The translations under genes and the position numbers were made by a program. Shown here piece after piece: positions 24,690 through 36,703 of a stretch of 64,000 nucleotides of DNA. The number at the start of each line of letters is the position of its first letter. Position 1 is the first letter of the stretch. This stretch comes from Hypanus sabinus (Eukaryota), in NCBI RefSeq assembly GCF_030144855.1, contig NW_026781759.1, positions 1-64,000 on the forward strand, given 5' to 3'. The notes under the pieces are model-generated. The model was not told the origin of the DNA. It saw only the letters and a program-made list of their open reading frames with translations, and ran no database searches.

Positions 24690-24920
24690 GAGATATTCAT
24701 AGGAGTATTTCCTGGATAGGACGACTACAGATGCATTGAAGATGGATCGGCCGGGTTTATTTTCACTGGAGCGGCTAACGACATACGGGTGCATAAAATT
24801 ATAAAGGTCGAACGTAATTTGTTTGTCATGGATGAGGTTCCATAACAGCAAGGGCCATGTTTGAGATCAGAGGGGCACAACTGATGGATAGGGACCGGCA
24901 ATGGATGTTAAAGACAAGTT
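24690..24920 (+). mobile_element. Degraded CR1 fragment
   Basis: gggtttattttcactggagcgg..cataaaattataaagg..aagggccatgtttgagatcagagggg resembles the CR1 RT 3' end. Confidence 0.55.
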
Positions 24921-25974
24921 TCTGCATGGGATGAGGAGGACAGCGGTAAGAGGGGCAGAGGAGAGAGAGGACAAAGGCAACAGGAAAAGAAAAAGCAAGA
25001 TGACCGAATGGAGAGATTGCGAATGAAGAGAGGAGTAGGGGGTGTGTAAGAAGAGGCTCGAGAGAGGCTGGGCGTTGGAAATCAGGTACATCAGGTAATG
25101 GGTCGTTCTTTGAAACCCTGATGGTTTCGTTACTGAGCTGAACACTCGTCACCTCAGAAAACCTCGTGTAAACATGGCCCGGATCTGCTGTCAGGAAAGG
25201 ATTAACGTCCTCACCAAACAAGACAGCCTCATCAAAACAGGTGCTGAATCGACATGGAGATTTTCAGCTCCAGTGCTTCACGTTACAACTGCGCGCCCTG
25301 CAGCCTCCGCCGGAAATGCAACCGCAAAGTTAACCGTTTGGCCAGAGCGAACCATTCTTACCTCCAGCTAACCCATTGAACTTGAGTGATATTGGAAAGT
25401 CCGGAGAAAAGCCGACAAGGTCACAGTGGGAACGTGGGGTTTTCGGGGCGGAAACTCCCTCAGCTGCGCCAGTCTGTCCAGTGGTAGATTTAACGACATT
25501 CGTTGAAAAATACCGAAGACGAATTGAATCTGAAATAACTGAAAGTGGGGTCTTGATGAAGGGTGACGGACTCACTGATTGATGAAAACCGTATGTCTGC
25601 GTGTCCGAGTCCGGAGGCGTCCAGGCGGCTTTCCTTGGATGTCTGAGCAAATGTTATAGGGTAGAGGTTGGGGGGGGGGGAGGTCGGGCTTTACTTGGCT
25701 GTGATCTGTTCTGGTTTCTTTTCTCACTTTTTTGTCCTGTTCTTTTTCGATAGTCTATTGAACATTCTGGGCCGGAATGTGTGGCGACATTTGCGAGCCG
25801 ACCCCAGCCCGTCCCAGGGTGTAACGTTTGTTAAAATTCTCAGCGGATTTCACCGCAGAGCCAACCGGCATGAAGAAGCTGACAATGTTTCCCCATCACA
25901 GTGCGGTTAAATTTCTGTTATCAAGAATTGGGCTCAAGTGTTACACTCAGCTCTCCGCTCCATCGGCTGCCTGG

Positions 25975-26013
25975 GGTTTTTGCTCGAGGCCTCTATCTCT
26001 GTCAGTCGCCGTG
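25975..26013 (-). other. 23-RSS of V7
   Basis: CACGGCG + 23 nt + GCAAAAACC. Confidence 0.92.
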
Positions 26014-27139
26014 CAGACTCCAGGCGCAGAAATACGTGGCCGAGTGGTTCAGCTGCAGGCGGCCTGCGCTCAGAGTGAACTCGTTATTGTTCGGTCGGCT
26101 GGCGGTAAACCCGTCCACCTCCGTGTCCGGCGCTACGCTCGGAGCAACCATCGAGTAAAACAGGTTCTGCGGCTCCTTTCCCGGGTACTGTCTGTACCAG
26201 AACAATCGGTAGGTGCTGCTGCCGTCGACGGTGCAGTGAAGCGTCCGGTTCCCGCCGGGAGACTCGGACACAGCGTCGGGAGTCTGGCGGATAACCGTCG
26301 AGGTCACGGCTGGTGATTTAAAGAACAAACGAGGTGAAAAAAAATACAAACAAACAAACAATTAATTAATACATTCAGCAAAGGCAACGGTTCCGGGCGC
26401 TCGGGAGAGAAACAGACAGTTATAGATGAAAAAAAAACAGAACGTGATAGAGAAATAACCTGACCGCGCCAGGGAGAGATGAGATAGAGATATAGAGAAA
26501 TCGATAAGGTGATATTTATGGATAATGATAGAGAAATAGAGAGGATGAGCGAAGGATGTGGCGGTGCGGAGTGAAAGGAAGACGGGCTGGGGAAGGAGCG
26601 AGGAGGGGTAACTATTGAAAGGTTGAGAGATTAATAATCAAATGAGAAGCGGTAGAGTAGAGAGAGAGAGAGAATCGTAAGAGGGAGGTGCGAGAAAAAT
26701 AGCGGGACACGGGCTCCGCTGAAGCTGAGCAGGTAGGAACAGAGTGGGCGAGGTTGAGAGCGAAGGATGGACAGGAGCGATGTGGACCGAGCGGGAGGCA
26801 TGGAAGAAAGGAGCGCGAGAATGCAGAGAGTCAGCGGGAGCGACTGCGCGAGGCAACGCGAGAATGAGAGTGGAGAAGTTCGGAAAGAGGCCAAGCGTGG
26901 AAATAATGGCAGAGCAAAGCCGGAAAATGAGGAGACAGAAGAACAGGGGTCCATAATGATGATGCTCACAGGAAAAGGAGGTGAGCGTGAGGTAGAGATA
27001 ATGCTCAAAAGTGGATAAGACAGAATGAGAAAGGAAGAATGAAAACGTAGAAGCAGGGAACATCAGATTAGATTATTAGGCGGCGGTGCGAATATTCCTT
27101 ACTGTAGAAGCAGGACAGACACGCCAGTACCAAGAGCAT
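26014..27139 (-). CDS. TRBV: V7: TCR V segment (leader 27103-27139, V exon 26014-26309), CAWS family, apparently functional
   Basis: Leader MLLVLACLSCFY with GTAAGG donor and a 793-nt simple-repeat-rich intron. Exon VTSTVIRQTP..LHC..FWYRQYPG..GFTASRP..ATYFCAWSL. Confidence 0.88.
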
Positions 27140-28129
27140 CCTGCAGAAAGTTTTACTTCTGGAAGAGTAGGACCTGTTCGGAGTGTGAGAACAGAGACAA
27201 TGACTGGGTAATGTTCCTGTTTGAATTGCAACGCCCCGCCCCCGCTACAGTCGTTGGCATTCAAATCCCTCCGTCACTGAATGATGTTGCGTTCAGAGCA
27301 GAAAACGGAACTGCGCGAGATTACAGTGTCAATATGTGTGCATTGTAACCGCCAAAGCAGGTGTGTGGTACAGAACATGAAATGAGAAGCTATTGGTGTC
27401 GTTGAGCGACCTGTGTGTCCATTTCTCGGGCCCAGTTTCCACCAGTTTGTCTGCTCCTCTTTGCGTAGGCACTCAGTTCTATTCCAGGATTAATAAAAAA
27501 AAATTCGCAAGCAGGACCATCAGACCAGATGAAAACTTGCCGCCCAATTACACATATGAGACCTATTAAGCTCCTGTCCCGTGCGTCCTTGCAGGATGGA
27601 AACGGGGCAACTAAGGGAACTCACGCCGTCATTGCGAGGAACGTACGAACTTCTTGTCGCAGCGGATGAACGGAACCCAGGCTGCTGGGGTTGTAAAGCG
27701 ACGAAAGGACTAGTACATTACTGTGACGCTGTATAGTTGTGTGTATAATCTATGTATGTTTGTCTGAGTATGTATCGATCTCTCTTTTAATCTATCTTGT
27801 TATGTATATCTCCATAAAACAATCTATCTCGTTAACCATCCGAGAATCGCGTTGCAGCTTTGCACGCCGCTGCACAAACCTGATTCAGTACGTCATAAAA
27901 CATCGTTTCCCTCAAGCAGACCGGTCCTCCGTTCGATATCGCCGCTCTCCGTGTGACACAACGAGGCAGAGTAGATTTTTTTTCAGTGATAGCTGAGCTG
28001 TGAGGTTGCTTGTTATGAAAATGTGCACTTCTGTGTCGCAAGGTCCCGTTCTCCGACTGAACGCTACCACACTCAGAAGTCAAAGCCGTTCTGCTTAGTC
28101 TTAGAACGCCCCCTGCTGTCACCCAGAAG

Positions 28130-28590
28130 GGAAACGTGCACGACAGTACCCATCCTTCCGAAAGTCAATGAAATTTTGTAACTGTGACAGCATCGACAGC
28201 TTCAATATAAAGAGACCACAGTGCAACTGGGAGTTGGACTTCCTGTCGAACTCCCCAGACACTCAGGATGCACAACTGCCCCTCCCTCCCCATCGTCCTC
28301 AGCTCGGGCATCTCCCACGGCGGTTGCGGCGCCCATTGCTGTACATTCTGCCCACACTTGAGCGCACGGCCGAACACCCGGACAATCAGGTGGACAAGTT
28401 CACCGATATCACCGAGGGACTGCACGAGGCGTGGTGGAGGATGTGGTGGACATCGAAACATGGCGCCAGAGAAATAACAACGTCAACAGGAAAACGGAGA
28501 TATGTTATCGAATTTAGAAGAACTAGCAGCATTCGCACACCCCTTAACACCAATGGCACAACAGTCCAAACAGTGAGCAATAAATAAAAT
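28130..28590 (+). mobile_element. Degraded Rex1/Babar RT fragment
   Basis: CNWELDFLSN..PLLYIL..DKFTD..VIEFRR is collinear with the Rex-Babar RT core. Confidence 0.6.
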
Positions 28591-28719
28591 TGCAGACTAT
28601 TTTCTAAATGGAGAGGATATGCCAAAAACTGCGCAAAGGGCATTGTTGAGAGTTCATTAAAGTTTCATTTGGGTGCATTCTCTGCTGAGGGAGGCACATA
28701 CGATGATAGCATTTATTTC

Positions 28720-29286
28720 AAGAGTACAAGAACGTAAATGGCAGGATATAATGTTTCGGCTTCGTGAAGCGCTGGTGAGACCTCATGTGGAGTATCGTGT
28801 GTAGTTGTCGGTACCTTGTTTTGCAAAAAAAGGCCCGCAGGAACTGGAGAGGTTTCAAAGGAGTTTCAGGAAAATGATCCCAAAAATAAAGATTTGTCAT
28901 TTAAAGAGGTTTTGATGACTTTGTGCCTGAAAATCACAAAGAAAATCAAATGAATGAGTAATAATCCGATTGAAAACAACCCAATGGCAAAACGCCTTGA
29001 GAGAGTGAACGTGGAGAGGATGTTTCCAAAGGTGCGACAATCTCAGACCAAGAGACACAGCGTCAAAGTAGAAGGGCACCCTTTTTGATTGGAGGTGAGA
29101 AGGAATTTCTTCAGAGAGAGAGTGGCGAATCTTTTGATTTATTTCAGGCAGCTGTTGATAGATTCTTGCTTTGGTCGTGACTGGATCAGAGGAGAAAGCG
29201 GGAGATTGGGGCTGAAAGGAAAATTCGGATCAACCTTGATGAAATGGCGGAATAGGCTCGCTGGACCAAATAGGTGAATTCTGCTC
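28720..29286 (+). mobile_element. Degraded CR1 3' fragment
   Basis: gcgctggtgagacctcatgtggagtat..gtgaacgtggagaggatgtttcca..ggaggtgagaaggaatttcttcag..gaaatggcggaataggctcg. Confidence 0.7.
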
Positions 29287-29777
29287 NNNNNNNNNNNNNN
29301 NNNNNNNNNNNNNNNNNNNNNNNNNNNNNNNNNNNNNNNNNNNNNNNNNNNNNNNNNNNNNNNNNNNNNNNNNNNNNNNNNNNNNNNNNNNNNNNNNNNN
29401 NNNNNNNNNNNNNNNNNNNNNNNNNNNNNNNNNNNNNNNNNNNNNNNNNNNNNNNNNNNNNNNNNNACTATTTTAATAATCTAACAATCAATGAATAGGC
29501 AGGAATTGTTCAATCTCTGAAATTTAGTCCATCTGCCCCTACAGTTATGGGACCAACTGTTGACACCAACTGTAGAAAGTTGACACCACCGACGGCGGAG
29601 TGCCTTAAACTGGATTTTGCTTTGTCCTGCGAGCGTTTCATGCAAATTAACTTTAGAATGACGTGCATGTGAGGGGAGACCGATAGAAAACTTGTATTTG
29701 TAGACGAGTTCGACGGACGCAGAGGAAGCGTATGGCAAGGGGCTTCGATGGGCTGACTGTTCTCCGAATCACTGGCA

Positions 29778-29816
29778 GGTTTTAGTCTGAGGCGGTCGGG
29801 GACGTGCGCCGCCGTG
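29778..29816 (-). other. 23-RSS of V8
   Basis: CACGGCG + 23 nt + ACTAAAACC. Confidence 0.88.
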
Positions 29817-30324
29817 CGGGACTTGCTGCGCAGAAGTAGGTCGCCGAGTCCGTCTCCTTGCAGCTGCTGAGCTGCAGAGTGAAGCCGTTCTGTGCAGCTT
29901 CGAGCAAAGTGGCGAACCGAGGTTTAAAGGGTGCGTCGCATGAGCCGAGCTCGTTGCAGACCCACTCCATACTCGTACCGACTTGCCGGTACCAGAACAT
30001 GGTGTAGCTGCCCATGCCGCCTCTCTCCAAACTGCACTGAAAACTGAACTGTTCTCCCGGCCGAATAGAAGCCGCAGTAGGGATCTGGACCACTGTTGGT
30101 GCAGCCGACAGACCTGGAGTGACATGCAAGAGAACGGAATTCATGGTCAAGTCGATGACACGGCAAAATATTCCGCGATTTAACATATGATCTGGGACCT
30201 TCCTTGAATCAGCCGGTTCGACCCGGTGTGAGAGAATAATATATCAAACAAAAAACTCACAATTGTGCAAGAGTGTCAGGAATAAAGCCAGACAGACAAG
30301 AGGTACGTCTGGAGGTAAACACAT
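29817..30324 (-). CDS. V8: divergent Cys-rich antigen-receptor V segment (leader 30261-30324, V exon 29817-30113)
   Basis: Leader MCLPPDVPLVCLALFLTLLHN with GTGAGT donor. Exon LSAAPTVVQIPTAASIRPGEQFSFQC..MFWYRQVGTSMEWVCNELGSCDAPFKPRF..SSCKETDSATYFCAAS is open, with Cys23/Trp41/Cys104. Confidence 0.88.
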
Positions 30325-31596
30325 CGCGATCCTGCAGTGCTGTTCGATAGCAAATACCCTGTTCGCTTCCTCCACTGAGCTCTCTCGTCGAACGTGTTCC
30401 CGGATATGACGTCGCGACTTTCCGTACCCCAATTGCCAAACGATCTCCTGCTTACAACATCATTGTCTGATCGTCTACTCCGGAAGGAAATGTCAATTGC
30501 CCGGAGTCATGTTCCAGGCGGAGAAGATGCAGCCCCTCGGCCCCGTTCCTCTCCGCAGTCCAGCTCTCCGACCGAAGCCCGTCGTGTCAGCCTGAATTTG
30601 GCGCGTTTTTCGCAAAACCTTCCCTTTCCATGTACCTGCCCAGATGTCATTCCGACGCTGGTAATTTTGTGTGCACCTCCCACCGACTGTATTACTCTTT
30701 GTAATAACCCATCATTTTAAAGCCCCTGGAACACCATTCACCTTCAACCCAGATCTACGACTTATAGATTTATGGACATGAGTTTTGCATGTTACCTTTA
30801 CGTGGAACCCTTTAAGTTGTTATTTCTTCTTTAGTGTGTAATATTATATCCGGACCGATATGAAAATGAACCACGGTATAATGGTGAATGAAGGAATCAA
30901 CCAATCAATCAATCACTTCCGCACGCATATTTCCGTTAAGAATTTGTGCGACAGAGGGCGCTGTTGGAACACGGAATTAGTTAGAGGTTGCACCCGGAGA
31001 CTGGAAATGCAATCCATTCTGCCCATCGAAACGTGCTAATATCATTTCAAATGAGGGAAACATGAAGCCTACTTAGTCACATTCTGCGTATATCTGCCCG
31101 TCTATCATGTATCTTATCTCCGTCAGTAGACTTTCTGACTGCCTCACTCAGTCTGGTAATGCTCCCCTTTCACCATTCTCCTTTCTCATTTCCCTCTCAC
31201 GATCCCTCCTTTCACCTCCCTCTGGTTGTCCTCCCCCTTTTCTTACTTCTGTCCTCACCTATCAGACTCCCCATTGTCCAAACCTGTATGTCCTTCACCA
31301 ATCAATTTCCTAACTTTTTATTTCACACAAGGCTTTTACGAGATGGGGTTGCTATCCCTGTGCCGAATACACCCCCTTTCACAAACTACTGTCTGTGGAC
31401 GGAGTTTAATTCCATCGATCAATGAGAGCTTGGGCGTAACTACTTGCCGATGCAGCGCATGATGATCTGTCAATCATCGACAGGGGGCGTGGATACTGAC
31501 TCCTGGTGTACAGTCAGCTGGGCAATGTAAACTAGTTTGAAAGCCCGTTCCCCTCCTTGACACTCTCAATGGCAAGAGTGAAACGTCGACATAGTC

Positions 31597-32655
31597 ATGT
31601 TTCTCTTACTGGTGATGATAACGTTATTTCACGGTGAGTATTTCATGAAGCGGGGCTGTTTTGTTTCAGCTTTTTCTGCACTTTTACTTCTCACAGTCAC
31701 TCACTATCGCACTGGCTTTCCGTCCTCACGTTTTTTATGTATGCTTTCGCCAACTTCTTCTCTATTCTCTCATCCCCTTTACCTGTCCCTATCTCTTTTC
31801 CCTGTGTACTCATCGTTTGTAATTGCATAACGTCACTCAGCTCGACAACTTTTTTTAAACTTTTTTCCATCTTTAACCCTTCCTCTGATATTCTCCTGTC
31901 CGTCTCCATTTACTTCCACCTGTCCATTTATCTTTTTAGTGCGCTTGCGGATTGGTTTATGTTTTAAATATCATTACCTATCTAACTGACTGCTTGTCTA
32001 TCTTCTTATCTAAGTTCTCGCCAATCCATTTATCTATCTATTAAACCAGAACGCTCTGGCGATCGATGTATGTAAGTATGCATATCTGTATCTATCTGTT
32101 CGNNNNNNNNNNNNNNNNNNNNNNNNNNNNNNNNNNNNNNNNNNNNNNNNNNNNNNNNNNNNNNNNNNNNNNNNNNNNNNNNNNNNNNNNNNNNNNNNNN
32201 NNNNNNNNNNNNNNNNNNNNNNNNNNNNNNNNNNNNNNNNNNNNNNNNNNNNNNNNNNNNNNNNNNNNNNNNNNNNNNNNNNNNNNNNNNNNNNNNNNNN
32301 NNNNNNNNNNNNNNNNNNNNNNGAAATTATTTTGATGGTCGATTTTAACCTTTCTAGGGGCACAGAGTGAATTAGTTTTCCAAAAAGACCGATTCCTCAC
32401 AGAACACGAACTGGACTCGGTGATGATATCCTGTTTTGTGCCAGATACCCACCCCAGGACCTATTGGTATCGACAGGCTCCCAACCAGGGGCTGGAGCTC
32501 CTGATCACCGCCTATAGGAATAACGCCCCGGAGATATCCGAAGGATTCAGGAACAGACTGTCAGCAGTCAGGGGGTCAGACGATTCCTACCATCCTAACC
32601 TGACTGGGCTGCTCCCCGGGGACACGGCTGTGTATTTCTGCGCAAGCGATATCAC
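31597..32655 (+). CDS. TRBV: V9: TCR V segment (leader 31597-31633, V exon 32358-32655), CAS-type family
   Basis: Leader MFLLLVMITLFH with GTGAGT donor; the intron contains an assembly gap. Exon AQSELVFQK..ISC..YWYRQAPNQGLELLI..SEGFRNRLSAVR..GDTAVYFCASDI. Unusual Pro in strand E (YHPNL). Confidence 0.87.
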
Positions 32656-32694
32656 CACAGCAGTGAAGGCAGACAAACAAATACTGCAAAAGCC
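32656..32694 (+). other. 23-RSS of V9
   Basis: CACAGCA + 23 nt + GCAAAAGCC. Confidence 0.85.
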
Positions 32695-32869
32695 TATCGC
32701 CAAACATAACCTCCAACCTACCTTCCCCACCCTCCCGTCCCACTTCCACTCATGCCCTCAGTGGCAACGGTTTCATAACCGCGGCACATTCAGAGGAATC
32801 CTTGACTCCCGAAATTCCAAGAAGCCAAATGTTCCCACCGGTCTCCATGGCGACATTACTGACGCTTAG

Positions 32870-33020
32870 TAACCCATTAACATTTTCATTAATACATTAA
32901 TATTAAATATTAATATTAATTAGTAAACATTAACATTTTCAGCTATTAATATTTTCATTAATACATTAATATTAAATATTAATATTAATTAATAAACATT
33001 AATATTTTCTGCTATTGTAT
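32870..33020. repeat. AT-rich tandem repeat, two ~68-bp units built from ATTAAT words
   Basis: cattttcattaatacattaatattaaatattaatattaatt occurs twice with minor changes. Confidence 0.85.
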
Positions 33021-33222
33021 ATTTAATACCTACTTTTGCATCTGTCTATCTAATATATCTGCCTTACTGTCTATTGGTCCCTCTTTTTATCTATATATCC
33101 ATGTGTCATTCCATCGGTCTATCGATCAACTTGTCGATCTATCTATATATGTCTGTCTGCCTCTATCTAATTCCTCTGTTAGTCCATCTGTCTGACTGAC
33201 TACCTGTCTATATCGATATCAA

Positions 33223-33224
<2 letters not shown>

Positions 33225-33311
<87 letters not shown>

Positions 33312-33396
33312 CCGTGTTTGTACTTGTCTGCCTGTTTCTCTATCTGTCTATCTGACAACTGCATATCTATATCCATATCTATTATCTATTTATGTG

Positions 33397-33476
<80 letters not shown>
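33225..33476. repeat. (TCTA)n and two (GT)n microsatellites
   Basis: Directly visible at about 33225-33265, 33268-33302 and 33398-33476. Confidence 0.95.
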
Positions 33477-33478
<2 letters not shown>

Positions 33479-34099
33479 TCCTTGCACTGGACCTGGGGAA
33501 CCAAACTCGTTGTTCATCTGGCGCGACATCACCAGCTTTGTCTGTGGCCATCTGTTCTCCATTTGTATTCTTTAAGACTGAGAGCAGGAAATGTCTCCGA
33601 GAAATGTCCGAACACTCTCACCCTCGTATCTTTCCGGTAAATGATCTAAATTTCTGCGATAAGTGCCAGCACCGGCCCGAATTTTTTATTGCTGTAGAAG
33701 CTCCGACGCGTCTATCCTTTCGATAAAAAAAAACTTCAAAGTACAGGTGCCACTGAGCAACGGTTTCGGGACCGCGAACCCCTGAAAAATACAGAATTCA
33801 GCTGCGTGTGTGGCATCTCTATTTTTCCGGAAAGCCTAACGGTTTCCGATTTGCTCAACGTAATTTACAACTTTATACAGGAGCGTACAACACAGGAACA
33901 GGCAGTTCGGCCTACAGTCCGGAGACTCACTAGCTAAGAAGCAAATCAAAAACACCGAAAAAAGAATCCTTTTCACATATTGCATGTCCACTTCCCTCCT
34001 TCTTCATAACATCTGTACGTCTATCGACACTTCCTTTTAAAGGCTCTAATGTATTAGCCTTTCCCACCAGACCAGATAGGGCATTCCTGCCATCCTTGA

Positions 34100-34870
34100 T
34101 TCTCTTTCAAATATTTTATTAAATTTCATATACACAAATACAAAATTCATAAGTATATTTTTATACATCAAAATAAGTTAGCAAAAAATGCAGTATATAT
34201 AAATCACACTGATGCAATCATTGATCATGATCAATCAAATAAAATAAATTGATTTCTGAAATACAATAATTATATGGTTAATTATATTATTTAGAAAACC
34301 TACACCCACTATCAAGAAAAAGTTGGGTGAAAAAAAGAGAAAAAATGAGCACTGTACCAGGTAGTGCTTTGGTATAATAGCCCAAATCTATAACAATAAT
34401 AATTCAAAGATTATTAAAATAGTTCAGAATGTGTCCCCATAGATGTTTGAATCAGAAATCGAACAACGAAACTTCTCGAGATTTAAACATGACATAACAT
34501 CGTATAACCATTAAGCATGTGTGTGTGGCGTAGTGGGGGGACATCATTCCATTTAAGCAGCATCGCTCTCCAAGACAAATAGAAATAAAAGCCAGTAACC
34601 GCAAATGAGAAGGCTCCAAACTTATAACTCTCCTCAAAAATACCAAATAAGGCAGTCAAAGGATTGTGCTTAAAATTCACTTTAAAAAAAGTACCGAGAT
34701 ACATTGGGAGACATCTTTCCAATATTTTCCAAACGCGAACATGACCAAGACAGAATTAATGAATCCTCTCTGATTATTACATCTGTTGATTATCTGAGTA
34801 AAATAAAAATAACCCTGACGTTCTACTTAAATCCTGGGAAAAGAGTTCTGCATGTCTACACCTTTCATAA
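34100..34870 (-). mobile_element. L1-clade LINE ORF2 C-terminal fragment (degraded)
   Basis: Minus-strand pieces WSCSRLENI.., FKVNFKHNPLTALFG, THA*WLYDVMSCLNLEK resemble fish L1 ORF2 ends. Confidence 0.6.
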
Positions 34871-35029
34871 TCTTATGAACCTCCATTGGGGAGGGGTCAG
34901 AGTAGATTCACGAGCTTGCTTCCAGGAAATAAAGGGTTACCGTAAGATGAACGTCTGTCAGGTCTTGGGCTGTGTTCCCTGGAGTTCAGGAGAAGGAGAG
35001 GGGATATTATAGAACCAGTAGGAATGTGA

Positions 35030-36340
35030 TAAGGCCTGAACAGAGTGGATAAGACAGGTGTTCTCCAAGGTAGGGGATTCTAGGAGAAGAAAGCTTGAAG
35101 GGCATGCTTTTAGAACTGAGATGCAGGAGAAATTACTTTAGTCACAAGGAGGTAAATCTGCAGAATTTCTTGCCACGAACGGCTGTGCAGGCCAAGTCAT
35201 TGAATGCATTTAAAGTAGAGATATATAGTTTCTTGATTAGGTAGATATAAAATGGTAATGGGAGAAGGCAGAGGAGCGAGGATGACTGGAAGAATTGGAG
35301 GAGCCCAGACTTGAATGACGGAGCAGATTCGATGGGCCAAATGGGCTATTTGTGCCCCTGTATCTTATGGCGTTACGGTCTTTCAGATCTCTCCTCATCC
35401 TCCGCTGCGCCTGAGAAAACAACGAAGTTTCCCCAGCTTCCCATGATCGCACATTTTTTCTAAAGCTGTGAGCTTCCTGGTGAATCTCCTCAGAACCCTT
35501 TCCACTCTTCAGATTTCTTCCTGTAGTGGGGCTACCATAACTCGCTGTAATTCTCAAAAAGCAGACTGACGAGATTTCTATAACGTTGCAACATAACATC
35601 TTGACATTTGAAGTCAGTGCCTTGACTAATAAAAGCAGGCACACCATAATGCTTCTTAACCAACATATAGACCTGCACAGCCATTTTCAAGGATCTATGA
35701 GCTTGTACCCCAGGATCTCCCTGTTGAAAGACACTTGTTAGGGCGACATTCTGTTTGCATTTGCCCTACCAAAGTAAAACACCTCACTAAAACACGAGAT
35801 TCCGTGGAACTGAAGAGAAATCCGGACTGTATGTTATTCCCAGGATCCATGGTCAGGGAAGTCCCGGGTCGTGCTCACGACACTCTGGGTGAGGAGCCAG
35901 AAGTCTCGGTATATGTTGGTACCACCTACATCTCTTAACATCTCCTCTGTACCTACTTACAAACAATTTAAACTGTGCCTTCATTGTATTACCCGATTTA
36001 GCTCTGGGGAAAGAAAACCTCCGACTATCCACACAATCAATGCCTCTCATCATGTTATACTCCTCGCTCAGGTCACCTCCCAAATACGTCGCTCCAAGGA
36101 GAAAAGGCAGAGTTCACTCAAATTATTCTCATAAGGCATACTCTCCAATCCAGGTTACATCCTTGTTAATCCGTTCTGCAACCTTCCTATGATTTCCACG
36201 TCCTTCCTGTCGTGACGCGACCAGAGCTGAGCACGTGGGTTCTGACCAGTTTCCTATATTGCTGCAACATTACCTCTCGGCTGTTAAACTCAATCCCACG
36301 ATTGGTGAAGGCCAATGCACCGCACGCCTTCTTAACCATA
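35030..36340. mobile_element. Mosaic of CR1 fragments (plus-strand 3' end 35030-35390; minus-strand RT pieces; ORF1 esterase-like piece 35800-35930)
   Basis: CR1 3' UTR motif gaatgacggagcagattcgatgggccaaatgg; minus-strand PMVKKACGALAFTNRGIEFNSREVMLQ. Confidence 0.7.
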
Positions 36341-36389
36341 GGGTCAACCTGCACAGCTCCTTTGAGCGACCTATGGACTCGGGCCCCAA

Positions 36390-36700
36390 GACCTCTCTGA
36401 TTCTTAGTCGGATGAGGAAGTTTTGTATGGGCCCCCAAATCCAAACAACTTTCTACAGGGGCACAATTAACAGCATGCTGACTGGCTGCACCACTGCCTG
36501 GTATGGGAACTGTAACTCCCTTAATCGTCGCACTCTGCATAGTGTGGTGTGGACAGCTCAGCGCGTCTGCAGTTGTGAACTTCCCATGATTGAGGACATT
36601 AACAAGGACGGCCATCCCAAACACAATCTATTCCAACTGCTCCCATACTGAAAGCGGTACCAATAGGATTCGGGGCAGCTTCTTCTACCAGGCCGTTAGA
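36390..36700 (+). mobile_element. Rex1/Babar ORF C-terminal fragment
   Basis: MRKFCMGPQIQTTFYRGTINSMLTGCTTAWYGNC..TAQRV. Confidence 0.78.
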
Positions 36701-36703
36701 ATG

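Noticed and set aside
25897-25903. Perfect CACAGTG near the V7 RSS
   Set aside because: No nonamer at either spacing; expected by chance.
29817-30113. V8 as an IgNAR/NARTCR V domain
   Set aside because: It retains a C'-C'' region (26 aa from Trp41 to RF versus about 19 in NAR), lacks NAR-type framework motifs and has no adjacent D/J cluster.
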